The notes: generated by a model not told the origin, from the sequence alone. Numbered from the stretch's first letter, positions 47,682-58,719 are shown. The stretch: 64,000 nucleotides of DNA from Candidatus Aenigmatarchaeota archaeon (GCA_016932615.1 JAFGCN010000007.1:19189-83188); one strand, 5' to 3'. Numbers and translations are program-made.

Positions 47682-50087
47682 TTATGCGCTAAACCCCTTC
47701 TTTATCTTCAGCGTTGGGTCTCCAAGCAGGCAGTTGATGTGGTAGTGGTACATCTGGCCATAAGGACAGTTATACTTTGGGAAATATGCGTTTTTGCCTT
47801 CCCTGTAGGCATCCCCAATCCGGACGCCCTCCTTAAAGCGTAATGCAATCTCAACATACAAAGAGCCAATGGAATTGTCTCCACCCAAGACATAGCAACT
47901 TCCGAGGGAGCCCAGATTGTTATCTGTGCTTCCGAAAAAAACCGCGCCTCCATTCTTAAGGAAAGTCATTGCAATCGAGTCTGAAGTTGTTTGCTTCAGC
48001 GCAAGGTGCGCCCCGCCACAGGCCATAGTCATCCAGACTGTATTCTTGACACTTATGCCATTGACAAAGCTTGGGCCTACATTAAAGCCCCCTCCATAAT
48101 AAAGATCCTCTCTCGCCGGGCCAGGACCATGTGCAAGAATCATGACAAAGCCCTTGTTGCTTGTGCTTGATGGGCCAAGATTTCCACAGCATCCGCTGCA
48201 GGCCTGGCATGAGGAGCCATAAACGGCCGAGCAAAAACACTTGCCGGAGTTCCATTGTCGATTGTCGAGACCACCACAACCCATAATCGGCGAAACCTTA
48301 TTGGATAAGGATACGCCGCCAGACTTGTGAAGCCCTATTGCAGTATCAAGGGCATTCAGGATTACGTCCATATCTCCCTTCGCTGGATCAGGGAACCTTC
48401 CAACAGAAATATCCATCAAGTACTTTCCGCCATCCCCATTGTCGCTTATGTCACCATATGGGGCGTCAGAGCCGGTCGAGGCAACTGAAGTCTGAGGGAA
48501 CCTTGCATGGCCTCCAATAATTATCAGGTACTTCGAATCAAGCTGCTTTATCAGGGGAACCGTCGTCGCCCGGATGTTTCTCCAGTCCTTGGGGCTAGTG
48601 ACTTTCTTTCCGCAGATATCTTCAACTTCATCGCTGTCAAGGTATAAAAACATTGAGCCGAGGCCATCTGAAGAAAGGGCGGACCGGAAGTCCTCAATCT
48701 TGTCCTCAAGCCGGCTTATGTCCCCTTCAGAATAAACCCCCATATTGGCCTTGATTGCGACAATCAGGACGTCCGCTCTGTCAACACATTCTCCCTCATC
48801 CTCGCTCCACATGTAGCCCAATGGACAGCAGTGGCCTCCCGTACAGGAAAGACCTGAGGAATTATCACACTGGCTGGAGCAGGCGCACTTTTCTCCCTCC
48901 TTCAGCCCCATTTCCGTAGAGCATCCATAGGAATTTCCAAGTGAGGCATATGAAGGGCAGCATACCATCCCTAAGTTTTCGCAGGTCACTCCTTGTGCAG
49001 GGCAATCCTTGCTGCAGGTTTTGCAGTCCTCCATCGCTTCCACAGAACACTTTCCATTGCCGCAGCATTCCGTAAGGTTATTGAAGCCCTGAAAGCCCTT
49101 GGGGCAGTCGGAGTCATTGTCTTCCCTCTCACAACTCATAGAGCAAAATCCGTTGCACGTCTTGTCGCAGACATAGCAGGCACTCGACAAAAGGCCGCCG
49201 GGGTTTCCATCAGACTCGACGCCATCGCAGTCAGGGTCGCACATAGTCAGGTTCTCCGCGCAGTCCGGATCACAGACTCCGTCCACAACACCCATGCTGT
49301 CCGGGTCACAAATCCCGTCAGGCGAATTCACGTTCTGCCAGGCGCAGTCCGGGTCGTATGCCCTCTGCGGGTCAAAAAAGTTATTGTAGCAGTCAAGGTC
49401 ACAGATTCCGTCCATGTCGACGCCCGATATATTTCCATTCCCATCCGAGTCAACGCAGTCGATGTCACAGGGTGTGCCATCACCGGTGCCCTCCTGGTAG
49501 CAAAGGGGGTCGCATACCCCCTCCATATAAGAGCACATAACTTCACAATTGTCATCATAAGGGTCGCATCCTTCTTCAGTAACCGTAATTATAATATCAC
49601 CCTGCGGCGCTCCCTCAAACTTAAGCTCAAGCTTGTCCCACATTTTTATCGGGTAATTTCCCGGATTGCCCCGGATTATTACTGCCCCAATTCCAATCGG
49701 CTCAAGGTCACGCCGGTAGAATATCTGGCTGGCATTTCGCCCAAGCTCCATGCTCTTCATAAGGACAGCTATATCCTCTTTGGTAAGCGAAAAGCTGGTC
49801 TGGACACTTGTCTGGTTTGATGAGCATTTTCCGTCATACATTGCCTGAAGAATCGCTTCCATATCCTTTTGCGCTACCAGTTTACCATTGTATTCCTGGC
49901 AAATATCATAGCTTTTCCCGAATGCTATCGAGCCAGCTGCCTCCCTAAAAACAGAAGCAAACTTTTCGATAGGGGATCCGATTGCTTCGGAGCCAACAGA
50001 AGTAAGAAATCCGATTGAAACCGCAATAGAAACAAGGACTATGAGCATCAAAGCAACAGACTCAAGCTCCATAATATATCGAACCAA
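47682..50087 (-). CDS. large Cys-rich DGICDPDC-repeat surface protein with C-terminal clan-CD (clostripain/gingipain-like) cysteine peptidase-like domain
   Basis: 801 aa; hydrophobic N-terminus; CDPLC/CDIDC/CDLDC/CDPDC repeats; C-terminal ...MILAHGPGP...WMTMACGGAH suggests His-Gly / Ala-Cys catalytic dyad. Confidence 0.4.
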   Translation of the reverse strand: MVRYIMELESVALMLIVLVSIAVSIGFLTSVGSEAIGSPIEKFASVFREAAGSIAFGKSYDICQEYNGKLVAQKDMEAILQAMYDGKCSSNQTSVQTSFSLTKEDIAVLMKSMELGRNASQIFYRRDLEPIGIGAVIIRGNPGNYPIKMWDKLELKFEGAPQGDIIITVTEEGCDPYDDNCEVMCSYMEGVCDPLCYQEGTGDGTPCDIDCVDSDGNGNISGVDMDGICDLDCYNNFFDPQRAYDPDCAWQNVNSPDGICDPDSMGVVDGVCDPDCAENLTMCDPDCDGVESDGNPGGLLSSACYVCDKTCNGFCSMSCEREDNDSDCPKGFQGFNNLTECCGNGKCSVEAMEDCKTCSKDCPAQGVTCENLGMVCCPSYASLGNSYGCSTEMGLKEGEKCACSSQCDNSSGLSCTGGHCCPLGYMWSEDEGECVDRADVLIVAIKANMGVYSEGDISRLEDKIEDFRSALSSDGLGSMFLYLDSDEVEDICGKKVTSPKDWRNIRATTVPLIKQLDSKYLIIIGGHARFPQTSVASTGSDAPYGDISDNGDGGKYLMDISVGRFPDPAKGDMDVILNALDTAIGLHKSGGVSLSNKVSPIMGCGGLDNRQWNSGKCFCSAVYGSSCQACSGCCGNLGPSSTSNKGFVMILAHGPGPAREDLYYGGGFNVGPSFVNGISVKNTVWMTMACGGAHLALKQTTSDSIAMTFLKNGGAVFFGSTDNNLGSLGSCYVLGGDNSIGSLYVEIALRFKEGVRIGDAYREGKNAYFPKYNCPYGQMYHYHINCLLGDPTLKIKKGFSA

Positions 50088-50125
50088 TATCCAAATATAA
50101 GTACTAGCAAGACCTTAAGCCGGAC

Positions 50126-50671
50126 CTAAATAATCTCCAGGCGATGGTCAAATGCATTGTACTTGACAATTATTGTTACCTCTTCACCGGAAATGTCGCC
50201 AATCTTCCACAGGAGGCGATTTGAAGCTCCACAGTCCGTTCCCGACTTCTCCACATCCAAGAAATTGTTTGGGATTGTATCGCAAAGCCCCCTTTCCTCG
50301 AGAAGTGAAGTAAACGTTTCTTCCGTTATAGTTCCGCTTACCTCCCAGACAAAAAGCTCATAGCAGGTGTAAGTCATTCCGCCCATCCCCTCGTCATTAT
50401 TTTCCCAGCACTCCTCTGCATACTGCAGGAGCGTGGCATCGTCAAGAGGGTACTGGAGTTCCTGCCTTGCCGAAGTGTGCTTAAGTCCGCACTGGTCAAG
50501 TGATGGCTTCAGGTGGTGAGGAATTGGAAGGGCTGAAATTGCATTGCCTATGCCGCAAAAAGTGTTTCCGGTTGCGCCCGGGAGCATGCCCTCTATTATC
50601 AGCAAAAAGAAAGCAACGGCAAACAGGGCAACGATAAGCTCAGCTATTGTTTTAAATGCAAGCTCCACCAT
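50126..50671 (-). CDS. class III signal peptide (pilin-like) protein
   Basis: MVELAFKTIAELIVALFAVAFFLLIIEG N-terminus. Confidence 0.4.
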   Translation of the reverse strand: MVELAFKTIAELIVALFAVAFFLLIIEGMLPGATGNTFCGIGNAISALPIPHHLKPSLDQCGLKHTSARQELQYPLDDATLLQYAEECWENNDEGMGGMTYTCYELFVWEVSGTITEETFTSLLEERGLCDTIPNNFLDVEKSGTDCGASNRLLWKIGDISGEEVTIIVKYNAFDHRLEII

Positions 50672-50707
50672 AACTTAACAGCATTTTATTAGTCTCTAGA
50701 TTATCTG

Positions 50708-51142
50708 TCAGCTAACAAAAACCTGCCTTCCGGTGTTGAGATACTCTATCCTTAGGTGGTCTCTTGACAGGTTGGAAGGAAGGTAGACCTTCTCTTGGAG
50801 CTCAATCCGCAAGAGCTGCCTTATCTCAAGAGGGCTTGCAGAAAGTCCTATTTCAGAGCCAGATGTCAGAAGGTAGCAAACTGTATCCTCCCGCTGGCTT
50901 TCCGGAACCTTCAAAATAGCATCATAGCAGTTTTCAACATACCCTGCAATATCCCCGCTCGAAAAAGATTTCTCCTGAATAATTTTTGGAAATTCCTGGA
51001 CTCTGCCAGAAGGGTTTAAAAGATTCTGAATGCGGCCCTTGAGGTCGTTATGCCCTACTATGAAATATGCATTCACTATACCTGCAACAGCAACAAGAAC
51101 TAAAAAAAGAATCACCGTTTCCCGGGTAAGTTCACACTTCAT
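50708..51142 (-). CDS. pilin-like small protein, paralog of 51146-51586
   Basis: N-terminal TM; shared C-terminal block CYDA...DTVCY.L. Confidence 0.4.
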   Translation of the reverse strand: MKCELTRETVILFLVLVAVAGIVNAYFIVGHNDLKGRIQNLLNPSGRVQEFPKIIQEKSFSSGDIAGYVENCYDAILKVPESQREDTVCYLLTSGSEIGLSASPLEIRQLLRIELQEKVYLPSNLSRDHLRIEYLNTGRQVFVS

Positions 51143-51145
51143 AGT

Positions 51146-51586
51146 TTAGCTTACAATTATTTCATCCCCCAATTCCTTGAACTCTATCTTAAGGTGTGTT
51201 TGCGTCAGGTCTGTTTTGAAGTGCAAGTCTTGCCTAATCTTTGCCGAAACTGCACTCCTTATCGCATCGACACTTGTAAAGCCGGAAAAATCGGAATCTG
51301 CCAGAAGGACATAGCAAACAGTATCCTTTTGCTCAACCTCTTCTACCTCTGTCAGGGCATCATAGCAGCTTTCTATATACTGGGCGATGCCTCCTGGAGA
51401 AAAAGTGCTTTGCTCATATGTTTTTGGAAAGTCTGTCTGCAGCTTTTTCTTGTCGGGTCCAAAAAGGTCTTTTACCGCGTTTTTCGAGTCGCCAGAAAAC
51501 CTCATGAAAAGCCCTATTACGATTGCCGCAACAACAAGTATTATCAGAAATTTGACAACCATGTCCAGCGCCAATTCGCCTTTCAT
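51146..51586 (-). CDS. pilin-like small protein, paralog of 50708-51142
   Basis: MKGELALDMVVKFLIILVVAAIVIGLFMRF classic prepilin-like N-terminus. Confidence 0.45.
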   Translation of the reverse strand: MKGELALDMVVKFLIILVVAAIVIGLFMRFSGDSKNAVKDLFGPDKKKLQTDFPKTYEQSTFSPGGIAQYIESCYDALTEVEEVEQKDTVCYVLLADSDFSGFTSVDAIRSAVSAKIRQDLHFKTDLTQTHLKIEFKELGDEIIVS

Positions 51587-51620
51587 AATCTAAAGGCCTT
51601 TTTTAAAATTAGTTTAGACA

Positions 51621-52973
51621 TCATTTGCCTGCAATGGCCTGGTTCGAGTAAACCGCCTTCCTGACGCCGCCTGCGTGATAAGTCACTTTAGCAATGTTAA
51701 ACTGGTAAGTGCCGCCAAGCCCGACTTTTGGAACTATCGTGTAGGTAAATACTCTGGCTTCCCTCGGCTGGATGCTTGGAATCTTCCAGACAATCTTGAT
51801 ATCGTCGCCTTTCCTGTAAAAACCCACCGGCTCGACTCCCGAAAAGCGGCGCTTTATCCTGAAAATCGGCTGGACGAAGTCCTCAATGGTAAGGTCCCGG
51901 ATTTCGCGCCAGGAACGGTTTGTAACCTCAAGGCAGATTCTTATCTCAGTGTCACTTTTTATGTGTACGATTTTTCCCATGACGCTTTTTTTGACCTCCA
52001 CTTCAGTCCTGAGTATCATGGCAAGCAGCACAACTAGGCAGATAGCCACGAAAAAGCCGATAAAGATGAGGTGGTAATTGTACTGGTGGGTAAATGTCCT
52101 GGTCTGCCCTCCTGAGACGGAAAGTTCCCAGATATATTTTGTAACTCCGCCCTCCCGCACCTTTGTAAACGGCTCTGAAGAGCTTATAAGCGGCTCAAGG
52201 TAGCTTTCTGTCTCCAGCTCGTAAATTTTGGTTTCAGTGCCCCTTCCGTTGTTGACCAGTGTCACGGTTGTAACAGATGCGAGCAGGGAATCTTTGGTTT
52301 CCTCGTAGACCTGAAGCTTCGAGCCATATTGCCAGTAGTATGATTCCTGGCCAGAAAAAAGTGCAGTTTCATCCTTGCGGACAGCATAGCTCATCGAGTA
52401 GGTTCCTGTCCCCAGCCCCTCAAAATCCGGAAGGTTGCTAAAGGAATCCCTTCCCGGGCCAATAAGTTCAGTAAACTCTTCAATTGGGGTGTTATTCAGG
52501 GAAAGAACCGCTTCAAGGGCAAGCCCCTCTGTGGTGTAAACGTCCAGCTTAAAGCCATTCTGGTCAAACTTTGCCCCCAGAAGCTCGCTTTTCGGCTCTT
52601 CCGGGACATTAAGCTTAGTCACTTCCAAAAGAATATGGCGGCTCAAGTTGTCCAGCCGGGAAGTTGCCATGATATCGAGGGCATATATGTCAGGCGCCAC
52701 ACTAAGGTCGGGGGCAGCCACAATGCTAACCTCCCTCATTTCGCCCGGCTCAAGGACAACCTGGGAATCGGTTATAAATACCCATACAAACCAGCCCTTT
52801 ACGAAAAGCGAGTAAACAACCGGAGAATCGGACGGATTTGCCAGAGTAACCTTGAAAGAGGTGCTCTTTAGAGGATCCACCTTTACCCAGCTTTCACTAT
52901 CCTCAGCAATGCAAGGGACTATCAGGATGAAAGAAACCGCCAGCAAAAGTATAAGGTAAGCCCTAAACTCCAT
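51621..52973 (-). CDS. secreted/membrane-anchored surface protein, hypothetical
   Basis: 450 aa; signal peptide, central TM LIFIGFFVAICLVVLLAMIL. Confidence 0.35.
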   Translation of the reverse strand: MEFRAYLILLLAVSFILIVPCIAEDSESWVKVDPLKSTSFKVTLANPSDSPVVYSLFVKGWFVWVFITDSQVVLEPGEMREVSIVAAPDLSVAPDIYALDIMATSRLDNLSRHILLEVTKLNVPEEPKSELLGAKFDQNGFKLDVYTTEGLALEAVLSLNNTPIEEFTELIGPGRDSFSNLPDFEGLGTGTYSMSYAVRKDETALFSGQESYYWQYGSKLQVYEETKDSLLASVTTVTLVNNGRGTETKIYELETESYLEPLISSSEPFTKVREGGVTKYIWELSVSGGQTRTFTHQYNYHLIFIGFFVAICLVVLLAMILRTEVEVKKSVMGKIVHIKSDTEIRICLEVTNRSWREIRDLTIEDFVQPIFRIKRRFSGVEPVGFYRKGDDIKIVWKIPSIQPREARVFTYTIVPKVGLGGTYQFNIAKVTYHAGGVRKAVYSNQAIAGK

Positions 52974-53133
52974 TAATAATTATAGGCAAACGATATATAT
53001 TTGGCAATCTGGCGCATTTTTCCGGCAACTTCCCGGAAAAAGGTAATAATGCCTTATTAATTTTTGAATGCCCTATAATTTAATGAGAGCTTGAGTAACC
53101 TAACTCAAGCAATGAAGTAGCTAGAGTAAAATC

Positions 53134-53149
53134 AGCTATGGAACAGGAG
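53134..53149 (+). other. 5' strand of 16S rRNA processing stem
   Basis: AGCTATGGAACAGGAG is the perfect reverse complement of 54680-54695. Confidence 0.7.
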
Positions 53150-53180
53150 GAGCAAAACGAGGAGCGATTAAACCCCGCAG

Positions 53181-54636
<1,456 letters not shown>

Positions 54637-54679
54637 TTTAAGTACAATGTGGTCACACAACAAGTGTGCACAGCTTAAA

Positions 54680-54695
54680 CTCCTGTTCCATAGCT
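54680..54695 (+). other. 3' strand of 16S rRNA processing stem
   Basis: CTCCTGTTCCATAGCT pairs with 53134-53149. Confidence 0.7.
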
Positions 54696-54744
54696 TTCTA
54701 GACTAATTGGCTTACTCGTAAGTATCTGCCGCTGGAAGTATATT

Positions 54745-55383
54745 ATGCCAACCTGGAATTCAATATTCAAAACCCAAAAAGACATCTTGAACGACCCAAT
54801 TCCGGAAATGAAGAACGTTATTGAAATTCTGAAGAAAATGAATGCCAGAAAAGTCCTGGACCTTGGGTGTGGCTCAGGAAGGCACACCATCCTGCTGGCA
54901 AAGAAAGGCTTTGAGGTGTACGGGCTGGATAATGCTAAAGAAGGTCTGGCGCTTACCAGAAAGAAGCTAAAGGCGCTTGGCTTAAAGGCAAAGCTCAAAA
55001 ATTGGGATTGCTACAAACCCTTCCCCTACAGGGACGGATTCTTTGATGCAGTGGTTTCAACGCAAACGATAAACCACAACTACCGCAAAAAGGTGCAGGG
55101 CTGCATCTCTGAAATGAAGAGGGTCCTCAGTCCCGGAGGGCTTATCTTCGTGACAGTTGCCTCACGGCGCCGGCTATCTCCAAGGGCGGGCCTGCCTGGA
55201 AAGTTCAAGACCGTGGCGCCTAACACCTACATTCCGCTGGACGGCCACGAAAAGGGAATTCCCCACTTAATCTACACAAAGGCGCTTTTAAGGCAGGACT
55301 TTAAGGGCTTTGAAATACTTGAGGCCTGCAAAGACCTGGAAAGGAGAAAGTACTGCCTTTTTGGAAGAAAACCAAAGGAGTAA
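54745..55383 (+). CDS. class I SAM-dependent methyltransferase
   Basis: VLDLGCGSGRHT motif I; 212 aa. Confidence 0.7.
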   Translation: MPTWNSIFKTQKDILNDPIPEMKNVIEILKKMNARKVLDLGCGSGRHTILLAKKGFEVYGLDNAKEGLALTRKKLKALGLKAKLKNWDCYKPFPYRDGFFDAVVSTQTINHNYRKKVQGCISEMKRVLSPGGLIFVTVASRRRLSPRAGLPGKFKTVAPNTYIPLDGHEKGIPHLIYTKALLRQDFKGFEILEACKDLERRKYCLFGRKPKE

Positions 55384-55445
55384 GCGCATTACATATGTAA
55401 CCGCCAGCCCTTTTAAAAAGTATATATCTATAAAGTTATAAAAAT

Positions 55446-55979
55446 ATGGCGAAAAAATACCTTGGCGGGCGTAAGGATATTCGTGGATTCCAGCCACATA
55501 AATGTGAAGATAAAAGCAGAGCTGGAAACCCAGAAGCAGGCGCGCCTCAGTGGAAAAAGAGGCCTGCCGGAAGGCCTGAACATGGAAGGATATGTTCCCA
55601 AATTATTGATGGAACCAACACTCTAGTATATGGTGTAACCTTGGATCGCCCATATAATGCCTCCAATGATCTTAGGAGAATCGCCACAGGCCCACTGAGA
55701 GCCAGCGTAATGCTTGCAAGACCTGCTAAAACCGATGAGGAAATGGTTTCTTATGCCCAGGTCTTGAAACCTGAATCAAAAACCCCTTACTGGACTCGGG
55801 CAGCTGTCGACTTTACTGGACGAGGTGCTAATGAAAAGGTTAGCATAAGACCGGATTACACCCAAGCGTTAGTATTGGAGGGGCCAAGAATCTATCTGGG
55901 AGACCTAGGTTCAGTTAACGTAGAGGGAGGCTCTTACAAACTCAATCCAAATGCAGGAGTTTGGGTAAGAACCATATAA
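55446..55979 (+). CDS. hypothetical protein with basic N-terminal arm
   Basis: 177 aa; Lys/Arg-rich first ~50 aa followed by beta-rich-looking domain. Confidence 0.3.
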   Translation: MAKKYLGGRKDIRGFQPHKCEDKSRAGNPEAGAPQWKKRPAGRPEHGRICSQIIDGTNTLVYGVTLDRPYNASNDLRRIATGPLRASVMLARPAKTDEEMVSYAQVLKPESKTPYWTRAAVDFTGRGANEKVSIRPDYTQALVLEGPRIYLGDLGSVNVEGGSYKLNPNAGVWVRTI

Positions 55980-56023
55980 GATAGCACTATAACGCCAAAA
56001 ATAACCAAAAACCAAAATAGCAA

Positions 56024-56308
56024 TTACTCCTCCTTTATCTCCTCGAATTCCTTTCTTCCTTCCTCAAGCTCCTTTTCCTGCTCCTTGTCTTTCTCGAGAA
56101 GAAGTGCCTGGAATTCGCCTACATGCGTTTTTTCCTCCTTTGCGATGTCCAGGAGAAGCTTCTTCAATAGGGCGTCTTCAGCCATTGCCGCCATCTGCTC
56201 GTAAAGGTTTATTGCATCGAGCTCGGCGATAACGCCTGCCCTGAGGATTTCCTTGTCAATTTCACTTCTCTTCGCCTTTGCCAAATCAATCGGGATTTGC
56301 GATAGCAT
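56024..56308 (-). CDS. small ferritin-like/rubrerythrin-like protein (EncFtn-like)
   Basis: 94 aa; single E...ExxH half-site (LYEQMA...EEKTH), acidic coiled-coil C-terminus. Confidence 0.35.
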   Translation of the reverse strand: MLSQIPIDLAKAKRSEIDKEILRAGVIAELDAINLYEQMAAMAEDALLKKLLLDIAKEEKTHVGEFQALLLEKDKEQEKELEEGRKEFEEIKEE

Positions 56309-56498
56309 AACCTATTTTCTACTAGGAATATTAAGCAACACTGAAGAAAAGAAGAGTTTCAGATAATTTCATGATACCCCAAAGCAGAAGTAATCGTAAA
56401 AGGAGGCATACTCTTAAAAATCAAGGGCTCCCTTTTATGCACCTCAAAGCTTAAAAGAACTATCTTCCAGGTAACCGCTTGTGCCGATTTACCTCAAA

Positions 56499-56837
56499 TT
56501 ACTTTCCTGTCGCCTTGAATGCGAAAAGAAGGCCAACGAGGACAATTCCCATCACAATCAGCGTGGAAAAGTAGTTCTGCGGGTTGTCTATCGTTATCGC
56601 GGCGATTGGCTGCACAGGGTACGTCACATAGAACAAAAGCGCAAAAATAAGCACGGTAAAGCCCATCACAGCGAAGTTATCCTTAGTTGTTATTGCAAGG
56701 AATGCTAGCCCACCGACAAGAAGGAATATTGCAAGAGTGAGCGGCTCTGTGCCGACAATTGCGCCCAAAATGAATATAGAAAATAGTATCGCAAGAACGC
56801 CCATAAGCTGATAGTTTGTTCCCTTCATAGTTGTCAC
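56499..56837 (-). CDS. small integral membrane protein
   Basis: 112 aa, three hydrophobic helices. Confidence 0.35.
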   Translation of the reverse strand: MTTMKGTNYQLMGVLAILFSIFILGAIVGTEPLTLAIFLLVGGLAFLAITTKDNFAVMGFTVLIFALLFYVTYPVQPIAAITIDNPQNYFSTLIVMGIVLVGLLFAFKATGK

Positions 56838-56908
56838 CTAATTGTAATATCAATTAAAAGTATAAATAGTTTTATTCAAAATTACACCCAAAGCAAGGAT
56901 AACCTCAA

Positions 56909-57313
56909 TTAGGGCCTTTCCAAGCCAACTTTTGCAATCATGTCTGCGCCCTTCTTGGTTAGAATCCTGCCCATCCTCTTTGTCTTGGACTTCTCGACAA
57001 GACCGCTGTTTTCGAGCTGTATCAGGATTGTCCTTATAAGCTTTCTTGAGCCGCGGAAAAATTTGTCTGTCCTCGAACCCCGGTTCTTCCTTCCGCCATA
57101 GTGGTTGGCCAGCCGCTCTGTCCCGATAGGGCCGTTTATGTAAACTTTCCTCAATATGGAGGCAGACCTTATGTACCACCAGCCGTCATCCTGGGGCACC
57201 CTTTCCCGGGAAACTCCTGTCCTTATGAATCTTGCCCACTCTGGCATCTCGACAATCTTCTCACTCTTCAGTTTTTTCGACAATTCCGCCAGTTTCAGGT
57301 TCATTTCTTCCAT
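56909..57313 (-). CDS. rps19e: ribosomal protein S19e
   Basis: WARFIRTGVSRERVPQDDGWWYIRSASILRKVYINGPIGTERL...GSRKLIRTILIQLE matches eS19 family. Confidence 0.8.
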   Translation of the reverse strand: MEEMNLKLAELSKKLKSEKIVEMPEWARFIRTGVSRERVPQDDGWWYIRSASILRKVYINGPIGTERLANHYGGRKNRGSRTDKFFRGSRKLIRTILIQLENSGLVEKSKTKRMGRILTKKGADMIAKVGLERP

Positions 57314-57611
57314 ATTTCTTATAAGGGTAACGCTTAATATTATTACACCTAAAACATTTTATAGCCATCATCCCGGTCTGGCTGGTTAACCTTATGCTGC
57401 TCGTAAGCCCGGGGATAAGGATGGAGTCACACTTCTTGCAGAATTTGCGCTTTAGGTCCCTTGGAATCGGCTCCTGGACCTTCATCGAGATTTTCCTTGC
57501 AATCCCTATATACCGCCTGGAACGCTCAGGGTTTCCCCTCTTTGCCTCCTCTTCAGCCAAGCAAAAGAGGGTTTTTATCCTGGCAAGCGCGATTTCTTTT
57601 TTCGAGAGCAT
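57261..57611 (-). CDS. rnp4: RNase P protein subunit Rpp21 (Rpr2/RNP4)
   Basis: CKKCDSILIPG...IKCFRCNN zinc-ribbon of Rpr2 family preceded by basic helix; apparent 53-nt overlap with rps19e suggests S19e starts at a downstream ATG. Confidence 0.65.
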   Translation of the reverse strand: MLSKKEIALARIKTLFCLAEEEAKRGNPERSRRYIGIARKISMKVQEPIPRDLKRKFCKKCDSILIPGLTSSIRLTSQTGMMAIKCFRCNNIKRYPYKKYGRNEPETGGIVEKTEE

Positions 57612-57659
57612 AATTTAGTAAATCTCTAGCCATTAAGCATGGCCCGTTCTCCGTAAAGA

Positions 57660-58241
57660 TTAGCTCCAGGGACTGAACAACTGCTGATTCATCTCTCTAT
57701 CAACAGCTTTTCGAACTGACGCATCTAGCACCTTAAGTTCGCTTATGAGGGGCTCTAGAGGTTTGACTATCCTTTGCTTATAGCCCATTCTTATTAATGC
57801 TTCCTCAGCAGAAAGCCCTTTTCCTCTTAATTCATAGTACTCGGGAAATCTTGAATACATAATCTCAGTCACAATTTCCCTGGAAACTGAATCTTTAGTG
57901 GGTAGAATCTTCCACGGTTCGGGCACACGGGTCTCACAAAGACAGCACCCCCCTCCATTAGAAACCATTCCCCGTGCAAGTTCAGCCGCAGTCCCTCTTA
58001 TCAGCGGGTGATGTACCTGCAATGCCTCGGTATGGCTCTCAAGACCATGATAGTGTTTTGCAGAGCAGGTTCCTCCTGCATTCTTGATTTCACCCGCCCT
58101 CAAGCCAGTGATTGCTTCATAGATACTGGTTTTATAGGTCATCCTGCAGAGGGAAGGTCTATCTCCCCCATCACAGAGTTCCGTATATTTCGGAACATAT
58201 ACCCCCCGTTTAGCTGCCCAGCACCCAAGAGACATCTTCAA
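57660..58241 (-). CDS. hypothetical Cys/His-rich protein
   Basis: 193 aa; CSAKHYHGLESHTEALQVHH ... GGGCCLCE putative metal ligands. Confidence 0.3.
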   Translation of the reverse strand: MKMSLGCWAAKRGVYVPKYTELCDGGDRPSLCRMTYKTSIYEAITGLRAGEIKNAGGTCSAKHYHGLESHTEALQVHHPLIRGTAAELARGMVSNGGGCCLCETRVPEPWKILPTKDSVSREIVTEIMYSRFPEYYELRGKGLSAEEALIRMGYKQRIVKPLEPLISELKVLDASVRKAVDREMNQQLFSPWS

Positions 58242-58253
58242 CTCACCCCTAAG

Positions 58254-58637
58254 TCATACAGGAACACCCGACAGGGCTGCGACTTCAGGAACTATTGGAA
58301 GGGCTGCTAGGTCCGAAGAATATGGCCTTGGGCCTGCGGATTTAGGCGCTATGTTAAAGCCCTCAAGCCCCTCCCTTTTCCAGTGCCGGTACAGTATATA
58401 AATCATGCAGATGTTTGTCAGCGCAAGAACCGGATCGTAGTAAGGAAGAGTTGAAGTTCCGGTCAATGCCACATCGGAAAGCCCCATAAATGAATAAGGA
58501 GCCCCGACAAGGGCTGTAGCTGCCGCTGCGTATTCTGCCTTGCCTCCGGGGGTTTCATTTCTAAAGCCCCTAGCGACATCGCCAATAAGCGATTTCGCGT
58601 CCGATACTAAGTTTTCTGCTTCCACCATAGTTACCAC
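58254..58637 (-). CDS. hypothetical protein
   Basis: 127-aa ORF with hydrophobic segments. Confidence 0.25.
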   Translation of the reverse strand: MVTMVEAENLVSDAKSLIGDVARGFRNETPGGKAEYAAAATALVGAPYSFMGLSDVALTGTSTLPYYDPVLALTNICMIYILYRHWKREGLEGFNIAPKSAGPRPYSSDLAALPIVPEVAALSGVPV

Positions 58638-58719
58638 CTAAATATAGTAGGTTATATGCCTATATATGCTTTTCTATTGTTAAGGATATATTGGAAACAA
58701 TACCCTTTGGAGGGAAACC

